Assembly (NCBI GenBank): GCA_002897715.1
Contig: BDUA01000040.1
Location: 1,142-65,141, forward strand
Length of the DNA: 64,000 bases
Direction: 5' to 3'
DNA from: a bacterium BMS3Abin01
Lineage (GTDB): Bacteria; Actinomycetota; Thermoleophilia; BMS3ABIN01
The notes beneath the pieces are model-generated. The model searched no databases, had not been told where the DNA came from, and worked only from the letters and a program-made list of their open reading frames with translations. The translations under genes were made by a program, and so were the position numbers. Every line of letters begins with the position of its first letter. The stretch's first letter is position 1. Shown here one piece after another: positions 36,402-44,784 of the stretch.

Positions 36402-36881
36402 TTACCGCTTCTCCGCCGGCGACGCCGAACCGGCCGCCGGTCCCTGGTGGTGGTCATCATCCCGCGCGCCGCCGCCGGCCAGGTTCAGCCTGCCCAGCGG
36501 CCGGATCGTCTCGGTGAACCCGGTCACCGTCTCAGCCCAGCGCGCCCCTTCCGAAGCGCTGATCCAGGTATAGCGGAAGCGCTCCGGCTCGATGCCGTAC
36601 ACAGCCATCATGCGGCTGAGCAGCTCCAGGCGCCGGTGCGCATAATAGTTGCCCTCGTTGTAGTGACAGTCACCGGGGTGGCAACCGCTCACCAGCACGC
36701 CGTCAGCGCCCTCCTGGAACGCTTTCAGCACCAGCAGGGGGTTGACCCGCCCCGTACAGGGCAGCCGCACGATGCGCATCTCCGCCGGCTGCGCCATGCG
36801 CGAGGTCCCGGCCATGTCGGCGCCGGCGTATGAACACCAGTTGCAGAGGAACCCGACCAGTTTGATATCGCCGCCGCTCAC
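36402..36881 (-). CDS. flxD: MvhD-type (methyl-viologen-reducing hydrogenase delta) 2Fe-2S protein, FlxD-like
   Basis: GFLCNWCSYAGAD....R........R.V.LPCTGRV.....L.AF..GADGVLV.GCH.GDCHY is the MvhD signature. Confidence 0.85.
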   Translation of the reverse strand: MSGGDIKLVGFLCNWCSYAGADMAGTSRMAQPAEMRIVRLPCTGRVNPLLVLKAFQEGADGVLVSGCHPGDCHYNEGNYYAHRRLELLSRMMAVYGIEPERFRYTWISASEGARWAETVTGFTETIRPLGRLNLAGGGARDDDHHQGPAAGSASPAEKR

Positions 36882-38836
36882 CTGAGCACCGCCGTTACCT
36901 CTTCGATAAGCTGGTTATCGGTGTAGCCCCTGAGGGAGATGACCGACGGCGGGCAGGCCACGGTGCACAGGCCACAACCCTGGCAGAGCGATTCGATGAC
37001 CACCGCCACCCGGCGCCCGTCCCTCAGACCCTGTTCCTCGATGGCATGATAGGGGCAGACCTCGCGGCACTTGAAACAGCCGATACAGCGCATATGGTTG
37101 ACCTCGGCGATCATGGGGCTGGTCTCCAGCTCGTCATGCGACAGCAGGACGATGACCTTGGCGGCGGCGGCGCTGGCCTGGGCTACCGTTTCCGGTATGT
37201 CCTTCGGCCCCTGGCAGGCGCCGGCCAGGAAGATGCCGCCGGTGGTGGTCTCCACCGGACGAAGCTTGGGGTGGCTCTCCGACAGGAAGCCGTACTGGTC
37301 GTAGGGGATGTTGAGCCTCTGCGCCAGCGAGCCGGCGCCGGCGGCGGCATCGATGCCGGTGGCCAGCACCACCAGGTCGGCCTCCACCTCCACGTTCTCT
37401 CCCACCAGCGTGTCCGCGCCCATGACTACCAGCTTGCCGCCCCGGGGATAGATCTTGCCCACCCGGCCGCGCAGGTATACGGCGCCCGCTTCCTTCTGGG
37501 CGCGGCGGTAGAATTCGTCGTAGCCCTTGCCGCCGGCGCGTACGTCCATGTAGAAAACATATGTCCGGGAGTCAGGGATATGCTCCCTGGTGAGTATGGC
37601 CTGCTTGGCGATATACATGCAGCCCACCTTGCAGCACAGGGGGCGGCCGATGGACTCATCCCGGGAACCGACACAGGAGAGGAACACGATCTCTTTGGGC
37701 TCGGCCCCGTCCGAGGGCCGCTGGATATGGCCGCCGGTGGGCCCCGACGCCGACAGCATGCGCTCGTATTGTATAGAGGTGATGACATCGGGGTAAAGGC
37801 CGCCGCCGTAATGGGGATAGGCCTGACGCCAGTCGAACAGTTCGTAGCCGGTGGCCACCACGATGGCGCCGAACTTCTCCGTATGCAACTCATCCTCCTG
37901 CTCATAGTCAACGGCGTCCGCAGGACAGACCTTCTTGCAGATGCCGCACTTGCCCTTGATGTACAGGCGGCAGTACTCCTTCCTCAGCGACGCCACCAGG
38001 GGCACAGCCTGGGGGAAGGCGATGGAGATAGCCTTGGTCTCGCCCACACCGGCGTTGAACTCGTCCGGCGCCTCGCTGGGGCATTTCTGTTCGCAGATCT
38101 GGCAGCCGGTGCATTTCTCCTCGTCCACACAGGTGGCCTTCTTCCTGATATCCACCTCGAAATTTCCGATATAGCCGCGGACCTGCTCCACCTCGCTGTT
38201 GACCATCAGCCGGATGTTCTCGTGGTGTTTGACCTCCACCATGCGGGGCGTGAGGATACAGGACGAGCAGTCCAGGGTGGGGAAGGTCTTGTCCAGCCGC
38301 GCCATGTTGCCGCCGATGGTCGGCCCCCTCTCGACCAGGGTCACCGGCATGCCGGCGTCGGCGATATCCAGGGCCGCCTGGATGCCGGCCACGCCGCCGC
38401 CGATAATGAGCACTTCGCTCACCACCGGCACGTGGCTGCTGAACAGCGGCGTCTGTCCCCGCACCTTGGCCACGCCCATGCTCACCAGGTCGATGGCCTT
38501 CTCCGTGGCCACCTCCATATCCGAATGGATCCAGGAACAGTGTTCACGTATGTTCACCATCTCCATCATGAAGGGGTTGATGCCCGCCTGGGCCATGGTC
38601 CGCTGGAAAGTGGTCTCGTGCATGCGCGGAGAACAGGCGGCGATCACCACCCGGTCGAGCGCGTATTTGTGAGCAGCGGCGATGACGGTGCGCTGGCCCG
38701 GATCGGAACAGGTGTACTGGATGGATTCGGCGTGCACCACGTCACGCAGCGCCATGGCCGCGCTGGCCACCCTCTCGGTGGAGACGGTGGCGGCGATATT
38801 GGTGCCGCACTGGCAGACGAACACGCCGATGCGCAT
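36878..38836 (-). CDS. hdrA: heterodisulfide reductase subunit A-like FAD/Fe-S flavoprotein
   Basis: IGVFVCQCG, VLIIGGGVAGIQAAL dinucleotide fold, internal ferredoxin motifs (CTGCQICEQKCP, CGICKKVCP) and C-terminal CIGCFKCREVCP / CQGCGLCTVACP. Confidence 0.9.
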   Translation of the reverse strand: MRIGVFVCQCGTNIAATVSTERVASAAMALRDVVHAESIQYTCSDPGQRTVIAAAHKYALDRVVIAACSPRMHETTFQRTMAQAGINPFMMEMVNIREHCSWIHSDMEVATEKAIDLVSMGVAKVRGQTPLFSSHVPVVSEVLIIGGGVAGIQAALDIADAGMPVTLVERGPTIGGNMARLDKTFPTLDCSSCILTPRMVEVKHHENIRLMVNSEVEQVRGYIGNFEVDIRKKATCVDEEKCTGCQICEQKCPSEAPDEFNAGVGETKAISIAFPQAVPLVASLRKEYCRLYIKGKCGICKKVCPADAVDYEQEDELHTEKFGAIVVATGYELFDWRQAYPHYGGGLYPDVITSIQYERMLSASGPTGGHIQRPSDGAEPKEIVFLSCVGSRDESIGRPLCCKVGCMYIAKQAILTREHIPDSRTYVFYMDVRAGGKGYDEFYRRAQKEAGAVYLRGRVGKIYPRGGKLVVMGADTLVGENVEVEADLVVLATGIDAAAGAGSLAQRLNIPYDQYGFLSESHPKLRPVETTTGGIFLAGACQGPKDIPETVAQASAAAAKVIVLLSHDELETSPMIAEVNHMRCIGCFKCREVCPYHAIEEQGLRDGRRVAVVIESLCQGCGLCTVACPPSVISLRGYTDNQLIEEVTAVLR

Positions 38837-39717
38837 CAGGCCACCCCCTTAAGCCAACGGTCCATGTCCGGCTGCACCACCAGGGCGTCCAGCTCCAGTT
38901 CCTCGGGGGAGATGCCCATGGCCAGCCCGATGAGCTGGCTGAAGTACAGTACCGGCATCCTCAGCGAGGTGCCCATGGCTTTATTGATCTGCTCCTGCCT
39001 CAGGTCCAGGTTCTGGTGACAGAGGGGACAGGCCGTGACCAGGGCGTCCAGCCCGGTGGAGACGGCCACCTCGATGATACGGTGGCTGGCCTTGAGCAGG
39101 ATATCCTTGCGCGCCAGTCCCATATAGGAACCGCAACATTCGGTCTTGAAGGGGAAGTGGGGCACCTCAGCGCCGGTAGCCTCCATCAGCGGCCGCATCT
39201 TGCGCGGGTCCCGCGGGCTGTCGAAACCCAGGATATCCGCCGGCCGCGTCAGCAGGCAACCGTAGTAGGCGCCGATGCGGATATTGGCCAGGCGTCCCTG
39301 GGACCTTTCCCTGAGAGCCTCCGGGGTTATCTCCCGGTTGAGCATCTGCACGATATTCAGCACCTCGGTCTGGTAACGCACCTCGGCCTGGAACACCTCG
39401 CTGGTCTGTTCCCGGATGTCCTGGTCGCCGGCCAGCTTGTACTGGGCGTACTTGAGCCGGTTGTAGCAGCCGGCGCAGGGCGCCACTATGGCGTCGTGAC
39501 TGGCGCCGGCGATGTGCAGGTTGCGCCCGGGGAGCAGCACCCCCAGCGTCTCCGCCTTATGATGAGGCGCCGGCGAAGCGCCACAGCAGTTCCAGTCCTC
39601 CAGTTCATCCAGCTGGATGCCCAAAGCTTCGACGACCTTGCGGAAGGAAATATCGTATTCCGTGGCGCTGCTGGTGAGGGAACAGCCCGGATAGTATGAG
39701 TAGGCCGTGCTTACCAC
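38836..39717 (-). CDS. hdrB: heterodisulfide reductase subunit B (two CCG domains)
   Basis: YYPGCSL, DWNCCGA, PCAGCY, YYGCLL, ECCGS and CPLCH motifs. Confidence 0.9.
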   Translation of the reverse strand: MVSTAYSYYPGCSLTSSATEYDISFRKVVEALGIQLDELEDWNCCGASPAPHHKAETLGVLLPGRNLHIAGASHDAIVAPCAGCYNRLKYAQYKLAGDQDIREQTSEVFQAEVRYQTEVLNIVQMLNREITPEALRERSQGRLANIRIGAYYGCLLTRPADILGFDSPRDPRKMRPLMEATGAEVPHFPFKTECCGSYMGLARKDILLKASHRIIEVAVSTGLDALVTACPLCHQNLDLRQEQINKAMGTSLRMPVLYFSQLIGLAMGISPEELELDALVVQPDMDRWLKGVA

Positions 39718-40274
39718 CTGGGTCGCTCCTTGGCCCGCTGGAAGATACGGCGCACCTGGGCGCGATCCTTGATTCGCGGCTGCACGATACGTACATTCTT
39801 CCGGCGGAGTATCAGGGGCACCAGGGACAGATCATTGGTCAGCTTGCCGCTCTTCAGGTTGAACCAGGCCAGCAGGCTGGCCTCGTGCAGTCGTCCGTGG
39901 CGGCGTACATTCTTGAGGAACAGGTTACGGAACAGCCTCAGGCCCCGCTCCGATTCCCGGATACCCTGTTCGTCGGCGATGTTCTTGGTGGTCTCAATCA
40001 CGTCGGCCACATCGATGCGGATGGGGCATCGCGACGAACAGGTCATGCAGTCGTAACACAGCTGTCCGGTGGTGGAGGCCATAGCCCTGTCCACTGCCCC
40101 CAGTTGCAGGAGGCGCATGAACATATGCGGCGGGTAATCGAAAGCGTCGGCGGCGGCGCAGGTGGAGGAGCAGGTGCCGCACTGATAGCAGTCGGCGACT
40201 TTCTGCCCCGAGCGATGTTCGATCTCGGCTACCAGCTCCCGCCCCTGGCTCAGCGTCTCGGATAAAGGTATCAC
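39711..40274 (-). CDS. hdrC: heterodisulfide reductase subunit C
   Basis: CYQCGTCSSTC and CYDCMTCSSRCP. The GTG at 40274 preceded by GGGAGGAG (8 nt) is preferred over the track ATG at 40319. Confidence 0.85.
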   Translation of the reverse strand: MIPLSETLSQGRELVAEIEHRSGQKVADCYQCGTCSSTCAAADAFDYPPHMFMRLLQLGAVDRAMASTTGQLCYDCMTCSSRCPIRIDVADVIETTKNIADEQGIRESERGLRLFRNLFLKNVRRHGRLHEASLLAWFNLKSGKLTNDLSLVPLILRRKNVRIVQPRIKDRAQVRRIFQRAKERPRW

Positions 40275-40391
40275 CTGCGTGTCTCCTCCCGAAAAAGATA
40301 AACCCGACGAAGCCAACATCTCCGCGACTGGCTTCCAGTCGCCGCCTGGTTGACCGCCGAGCTTGTGAAAGTTTTCTCAAGCTATCGGTAA

Positions 40392-40420
40392 ATTCTAGCA
40401 ACAGCTCCAATGGAAGTCAA
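40392..40420 (-). promoter_or_regulatory. near-consensus sigma70-type promoter upstream of hdrC
   Basis: The minus strand reads TTGACT (40420-40415), a 17-nt spacer, then TAGAAT (40397-40392). A 5' UTR hairpin GCGACTGG/CCAGTCGC follows at about 40325-40343. Confidence 0.5.
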
Positions 40421-40429
40421 CAAAAGCGG

Positions 40430-41509
40430 TCAGGCGGATACGGCAGGCGTATAGTCGTGACGGCGCTGCACCGGGTTCCAGCCGGCGGCGCGGATGGCCC
40501 GTACCAGCTCTTCTTTTCCCACCCGGTAGGTAACGCCGGCGGCGGCCACTACGTTCTCTTCGATCATGGTGCTGCCCAGGTCGTTGGCGCCGAACTCCAG
40601 GGCTACCTGCGCCATCTTGAGCCCCTGGGTCACCCACGAGGCCTGGATGTTGTCGATATTGTCCAGGTACAGACGACTTACGGCCAGGGTCATCAGGTAG
40701 TCGATGCCGCTGGAGCTGGTCGAGCCCTCCAGCTGCGTGTTTTCATCCTGGAAGGTCCAGGGGATGAAGGCGCGGAAACCGCCGGTCTCGTCCTGCAGTC
40801 CGCGGATGCGGCGCAGGTGTTCCACCCGGTCGGCAAAGCTCTCGATGCTGCCGAACATCATTGTCGCCGTCGACTTGAGGCCGGCCCGGTGCGCCTGACG
40901 CATAACCTCCAGCCAGCAGCCGCTGTCGATCTTGCGGGGACTGAGCCGCCGCCGTACGCCGTCCGCCAGGATCTCGGCGCCGCCGCCGGGCAACGAGTCC
41001 AGACCGGCGTCGCGCAGGCGCTCCAGGGTTGCGGGCACGGAAAGCCGGCTGGTAGCGGCGATATGATGTATCTCCGGCGGCGAGAAGGAATGGATGGTTA
41101 TCTGTGGATAACGTTCCTTTATCCCCGCCAGCAGGCCGCAGTAATAATCTATGTCCAGGCCGGGATGCAGGCCGCCCTGCATCATGATACCGGTGCCCCC
41201 CAGCTCGATAGTCTCGGCGATCTTCCCGTATATCTGCTCGTGGCTCAGCAGATAACCCTCGTCCGAACCCAGCGGCCGGTAGAAAGCGCAAAAATCGCAG
41301 CCGGTCACGCAGATGTTGGTGTAGTTGATATTACGGTCGATGATGAAGGTGACATCGCCGCCCGGCACCCGCTTTCGCCGCGCCGCGCCGGCCGCCCGGC
41401 CTACCGCCAGCAGCTCACGGCTCTCCCACAGCCTCACCGCCGACGCTTCGTCCAGCCGCTCCCCCGTCGCCAACCGGTCCAGTATGTCCGCCGTGGTCAT
41501 GGCGCTCAT
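40430..41509 (-). CDS. radical SAM menaquinone (futalosine pathway) enzyme, MqnC/MqnE family, tentatively MqnC-like
   Basis: NYTNICVTGCDFCAF CxxxCxxC motif, GGGAEI, FIPWTFQ and a C-terminal ...EFGANDLGSTMIEENV motif. The MqnC versus MqnE assignment is uncertain. Confidence 0.7.
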   Translation of the reverse strand: MSAMTTADILDRLATGERLDEASAVRLWESRELLAVGRAAGAARRKRVPGGDVTFIIDRNINYTNICVTGCDFCAFYRPLGSDEGYLLSHEQIYGKIAETIELGGTGIMMQGGLHPGLDIDYYCGLLAGIKERYPQITIHSFSPPEIHHIAATSRLSVPATLERLRDAGLDSLPGGGAEILADGVRRRLSPRKIDSGCWLEVMRQAHRAGLKSTATMMFGSIESFADRVEHLRRIRGLQDETGGFRAFIPWTFQDENTQLEGSTSSSGIDYLMTLAVSRLYLDNIDNIQASWVTQGLKMAQVALEFGANDLGSTMIEENVVAAAGVTYRVGKEELVRAIRAAGWNPVQRRHDYTPAVSA

Positions 41510-42357
41510 ACCTGGATGAACTCCAGCTCCGGCGCCGGCTCCGCCTCGCCTATCTCCACCGCGCGGCGGTAGAACTCCGCCAGCCCGGCGCGGTACTCGT
41601 CGGAAAAGTCGTAGCGCAGCTTGTCGAAGTAGGAGAACAGGAGCTCTTCATCGAAGGGGTAGACACACGCGGCGGCAGCCACCACCTCGTCCCAGTGCCC
41701 GCGGCAGTATTCGACGGAGTAGCAGAGGCGATCCTGCACTTCCAGGGTCTCCTCCGCCCGCCTGGCGAAGAACGGCCGGCGCACCGCCCACAGGGCGAAG
41801 ACCATGGGCAACCCGGTGAAGCTCTTCCATTCCTCCCCCAGGTCGTAGCTATATGCCCCGACGGCGCCGTAATGGGCACCCAGCGCCTGGTCACCGATAA
41901 GAAGTACAGCGTCATGGCTCCCCAGGGCCTCATCGATACCGCCGTCCAGGGCTCCGTAGGCGGGGTCCAGGCCATATTTCTGCTTCAGCAGGATCTTCAG
42001 CAGCACCACCGAGGTAGCGCTCTGCTGCGTCACCGCCACGGTCCCGATCTCGCTGATGGGCCGGCTGGATATGAGACGAATGCTGTCCACCGCGCCATCG
42101 GCGGTTATGGACACCCGGGGAAGGAACAGCAGCTCCGCCGCATGGGCGGCACATTCGATGGAGGAGACGGGGCTGATATCCAGTTCCCCTTGCAGCAGCA
42201 TGCGGTTGAGCACGGTGGGCACGCCGTTGACCAGGTGAAAACAGCCCCAGCCGGCACCTTTCTCCAGACCGTAATACAGCGGGTAGCCGTTGAGAAACTC
42301 GAAATGTCCGATACGGATAACCGTCTGCTCCAGACCGCTGGATCCTTCAGCCTTCAT
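41506..42357 (-). CDS. mqnA: chorismate dehydratase MqnA
   Basis: IRIGHFEFLNGYPLYYGL N-terminus and a periplasmic-binding-protein-like fold, about 283 aa. It is flanked by the two Mqn radical SAM genes, with an ATGA overlap at 41506-41509. Confidence 0.8.
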   Translation of the reverse strand: MKAEGSSGLEQTVIRIGHFEFLNGYPLYYGLEKGAGWGCFHLVNGVPTVLNRMLLQGELDISPVSSIECAAHAAELLFLPRVSITADGAVDSIRLISSRPISEIGTVAVTQQSATSVVLLKILLKQKYGLDPAYGALDGGIDEALGSHDAVLLIGDQALGAHYGAVGAYSYDLGEEWKSFTGLPMVFALWAVRRPFFARRAEETLEVQDRLCYSVEYCRGHWDEVVAAAACVYPFDEELLFSYFDKLRYDFSDEYRAGLAEFYRRAVEIGEAEPAPELEFIQV

Positions 42358-42366
42358 GACAACTCC

Positions 42367-43470
42367 TCAATCCTCGAAACGGCGCACGACATTATACAGC
42401 GTATCGCGCTCCACGGGGATACGGCCGGCGTCACGGATGAGACGGATGAGTTCATCCCTGGTGATCGCCTGTTCGGTATCGGCGCCGGCGGCATGGGTGA
42501 TCTTCTCCTCCACCACCGTACCGTCGATGTCGTTTACGCCGAAGTGCAGCGATACCTGCGCCAGCTTGACGCCGATCATTATCCAGAAAGCCTTGATATG
42601 GCGAAAATTGTCCAGCATCAGGCGGCTGGCGGCCAGCATCTTCAGGTCGTCGAAGCCGGTGGGCCCCCGCAGGTCCGCCAGCTCCGTGTTGGCCGGGTGG
42701 AACGAAAGAGGGATGAAGCTGCCGAAGCCGCCGGTCTCGTCCTGCAGCCGGCGCAGCCGCACCAGGTGGTCGATGCGCTCCGCGTAGGTCTCCACATGGC
42801 CGTAGAGCATGGTGGCGTTGGACTTGATACCCACGCCGTGGGCGGTGCGCATCACATCCAGCCAGCCCTGGCCCGATATCTTGCGGCTGCATACCTGGCT
42901 GCGGACCCGTTGGGCGAAGATCTCGGCGCCGCCGCCGGGCATGCTGCCCAGGCCGGCGGCCTTCAGTTCCAGCAGCACCTGCTCCACCGTCTTCCCCGCT
43001 CTGCCGGCGAAGAAGGCTATCTCGCTGGCGGTGAAGGCCTGTATATGGACCGTGGGGTCCAGCTCATGCAGGGCGCTTATCATCTCCAGGTAATATTCGT
43101 AGGGCAGCGACGGGTGCTCGCCGCCGACGATATGCAGTTCGGTGATGCCGTCGTCCAGCGACCGGCGGGCGCGGTCCAGGATCTGTTCCAGGGTCATGGT
43201 ATAGGCGCCTTCGGCGCCCTCCGTGGCGCTGAAGGCGCAGAACTTGCAGCTGTTACCGCAGACGTTGGTGTGATTGATATGGCGGTTGTTGACGAAGAAG
43301 ACTTCATCGCCGGCGAGGCGGCGCCGGGCCCGGTCGGCCAGATCGCCGATGCGCAGCAGGTCCCGGGACTCCAGCAGCGCCAGGCCGTCCCGGGAGTCCA
43401 GCCGCTCTCCGGCAGCCACCTTCTCCTCTATGGCGTCAAGCACCCTGGTCTCTGCATCCATGGCCATCAC
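42367..43470 (-). CDS. radical SAM menaquinone (futalosine pathway) enzyme, MqnC/MqnE family, tentatively MqnE-like
   Basis: NHTNVCGNSCKFCAF, GGGAEIF, FIPLSFHP.NT and HFGVNDIDGTVVEEKI motifs. Confidence 0.7.
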   Translation of the reverse strand: MMAMDAETRVLDAIEEKVAAGERLDSRDGLALLESRDLLRIGDLADRARRRLAGDEVFFVNNRHINHTNVCGNSCKFCAFSATEGAEGAYTMTLEQILDRARRSLDDGITELHIVGGEHPSLPYEYYLEMISALHELDPTVHIQAFTASEIAFFAGRAGKTVEQVLLELKAAGLGSMPGGGAEIFAQRVRSQVCSRKISGQGWLDVMRTAHGVGIKSNATMLYGHVETYAERIDHLVRLRRLQDETGGFGSFIPLSFHPANTELADLRGPTGFDDLKMLAASRLMLDNFRHIKAFWIMIGVKLAQVSLHFGVNDIDGTVVEEKITHAAGADTEQAITRDELIRLIRDAGRIPVERDTLYNVVRRFED

Positions 43471-44784
43471 CTAACACATCCGGACCCGTGCCTCCGGCAC
43501 ACCGCCCAGCCGGCGCACCGCCTCTTCGAAGACAGAGACATCGGTGCCGATGGCGACGGCGGCCAGCTTCTCCGGGTTGTACAGGCGTCTCGCCAGCCCG
43601 GTGATGTCATCAGCGGTAACGGCGTTGACCCGTTCGATGATCTCGTCGATAGAGAGTATCTCCGAACCGGTGACTGTCAGCTTGCCGAGCCGGCTCATGC
43701 GGCTGTGCGTTGTCTCCATGCCCAGCACAATCTTGCCCTTGGCGCTCTCCTTGGCCCGCGCCAGCTCCCTGTCCTGCGGCCCGTCCTCCATGATCGAACT
43801 GATCTGATCACAGACGATGCCGGTCACCTCGGCAACGCTGTCGCCGCGGCAGCCGAAGTAAATACCCACCAGGCCGGTATCGGAATAAAAGGAGGCGAAG
43901 GAATAAATGGAATAGACCAGGCCGCGCTTCTCCCGAACCTCCTGAAACAGGCGCGAGCTGGCCGTCGAACCCAGTATGCTGTCGAGAATGGACGCTGCGT
44001 ACTTCTCCTCCGAACTGCGCGACAGGCCCAGCCCGCCGAAACAGACATGATATTGCTGGGTGTCCTTCTGATAGAAGCAGGCGCCGCCGGCGGTACGCTG
44101 CGGAACCGGCGGCGGCAGGGCGGTCTGCGCCGTGGCGCGGTCGCCGTTGGCGCCGTCCAGGTGCCTGGCGGCCAGCGTCACCAGCTCCTGGTGATCGACG
44201 TTGCCCGCCCCGGCGATAACCAGGTTGGGCCGCGTGTAATGCTCAGAGTGGTAGCGGCGCAACTGCCCTTCATTTACCGAGCTGATGACATCCGCCGTCC
44301 CCAGGACGCTGTTACCCAGGGGATGTTCGCCGAAGATGGAGCGGGTCAGGTAATCGGTGATCAGATCCCCGGGGGAATCCTCATACATGGCGATCTCCTC
44401 CACCACTACCTCACGCTCCTGGTCGATCTCCTTGAAGGCCGGGCGCAGGACCATGTCCGCAATCACCTCGAAGGCCTCCTCCAGATGCTCATCCAGAAAG
44501 CGGGCGTACACTACCGTGTACTCCCGGGAGGTGGCGGCGTTGAGGTCGGCCCCGATGGAATCGAATATCTGAGCGATCTCCACGGCCCCGTAACGGTCAC
44601 TGCCCTTGAACAGCAGGTGTTCGATGAAGTGGCTGATGCCACCCTCTCCCGGCCGTTCATGGCGCGAACCCGAACCCAGCCAGAAGCCCAGGGAGATAGA
44701 GCGGACCGCCGGCAGCTTTTCGCTGACGACCCGCCCTCCCCCGTCAAGCTGTTTCAGGCTATACTTCTGGATTTGGGTCAACAA
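43471..44784 (-). CDS. M16-family (pitrilysin/insulinase-like) zinc peptidase
   Basis: HFIEHLLFKG (HxxEH) motif. Conserved position after pnp. The TTG start overlaps the pnp end by 26 nt. Confidence 0.85.
   Translation of the reverse strand: MLTQIQKYSLKQLDGGGRVVSEKLPAVRSISLGFWLGSGSRHERPGEGGISHFIEHLLFKGSDRYGAVEIAQIFDSIGADLNAATSREYTVVYARFLDEHLEEAFEVIADMVLRPAFKEIDQEREVVVEEIAMYEDSPGDLITDYLTRSIFGEHPLGNSVLGTADVISSVNEGQLRRYHSEHYTRPNLVIAGAGNVDHQELVTLAARHLDGANGDRATAQTALPPPVPQRTAGGACFYQKDTQQYHVCFGGLGLSRSSEEKYAASILDSILGSTASSRLFQEVREKRGLVYSIYSFASFYSDTGLVGIYFGCRGDSVAEVTGIVCDQISSIMEDGPQDRELARAKESAKGKIVLGMETTHSRMSRLGKLTVTGSEILSIDEIIERVNAVTADDITGLARRLYNPEKLAAVAIGTDVSVFEEAVRRLGGVPEARVRMC

Noticed and set aside
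37046-39019. 657-aa plus-strand ORF
   Set aside because: It is antisense to hdrA/hdrB, which carry unmistakable FAD, Fe-S and CCG motifs. It has shadow-frame composition.
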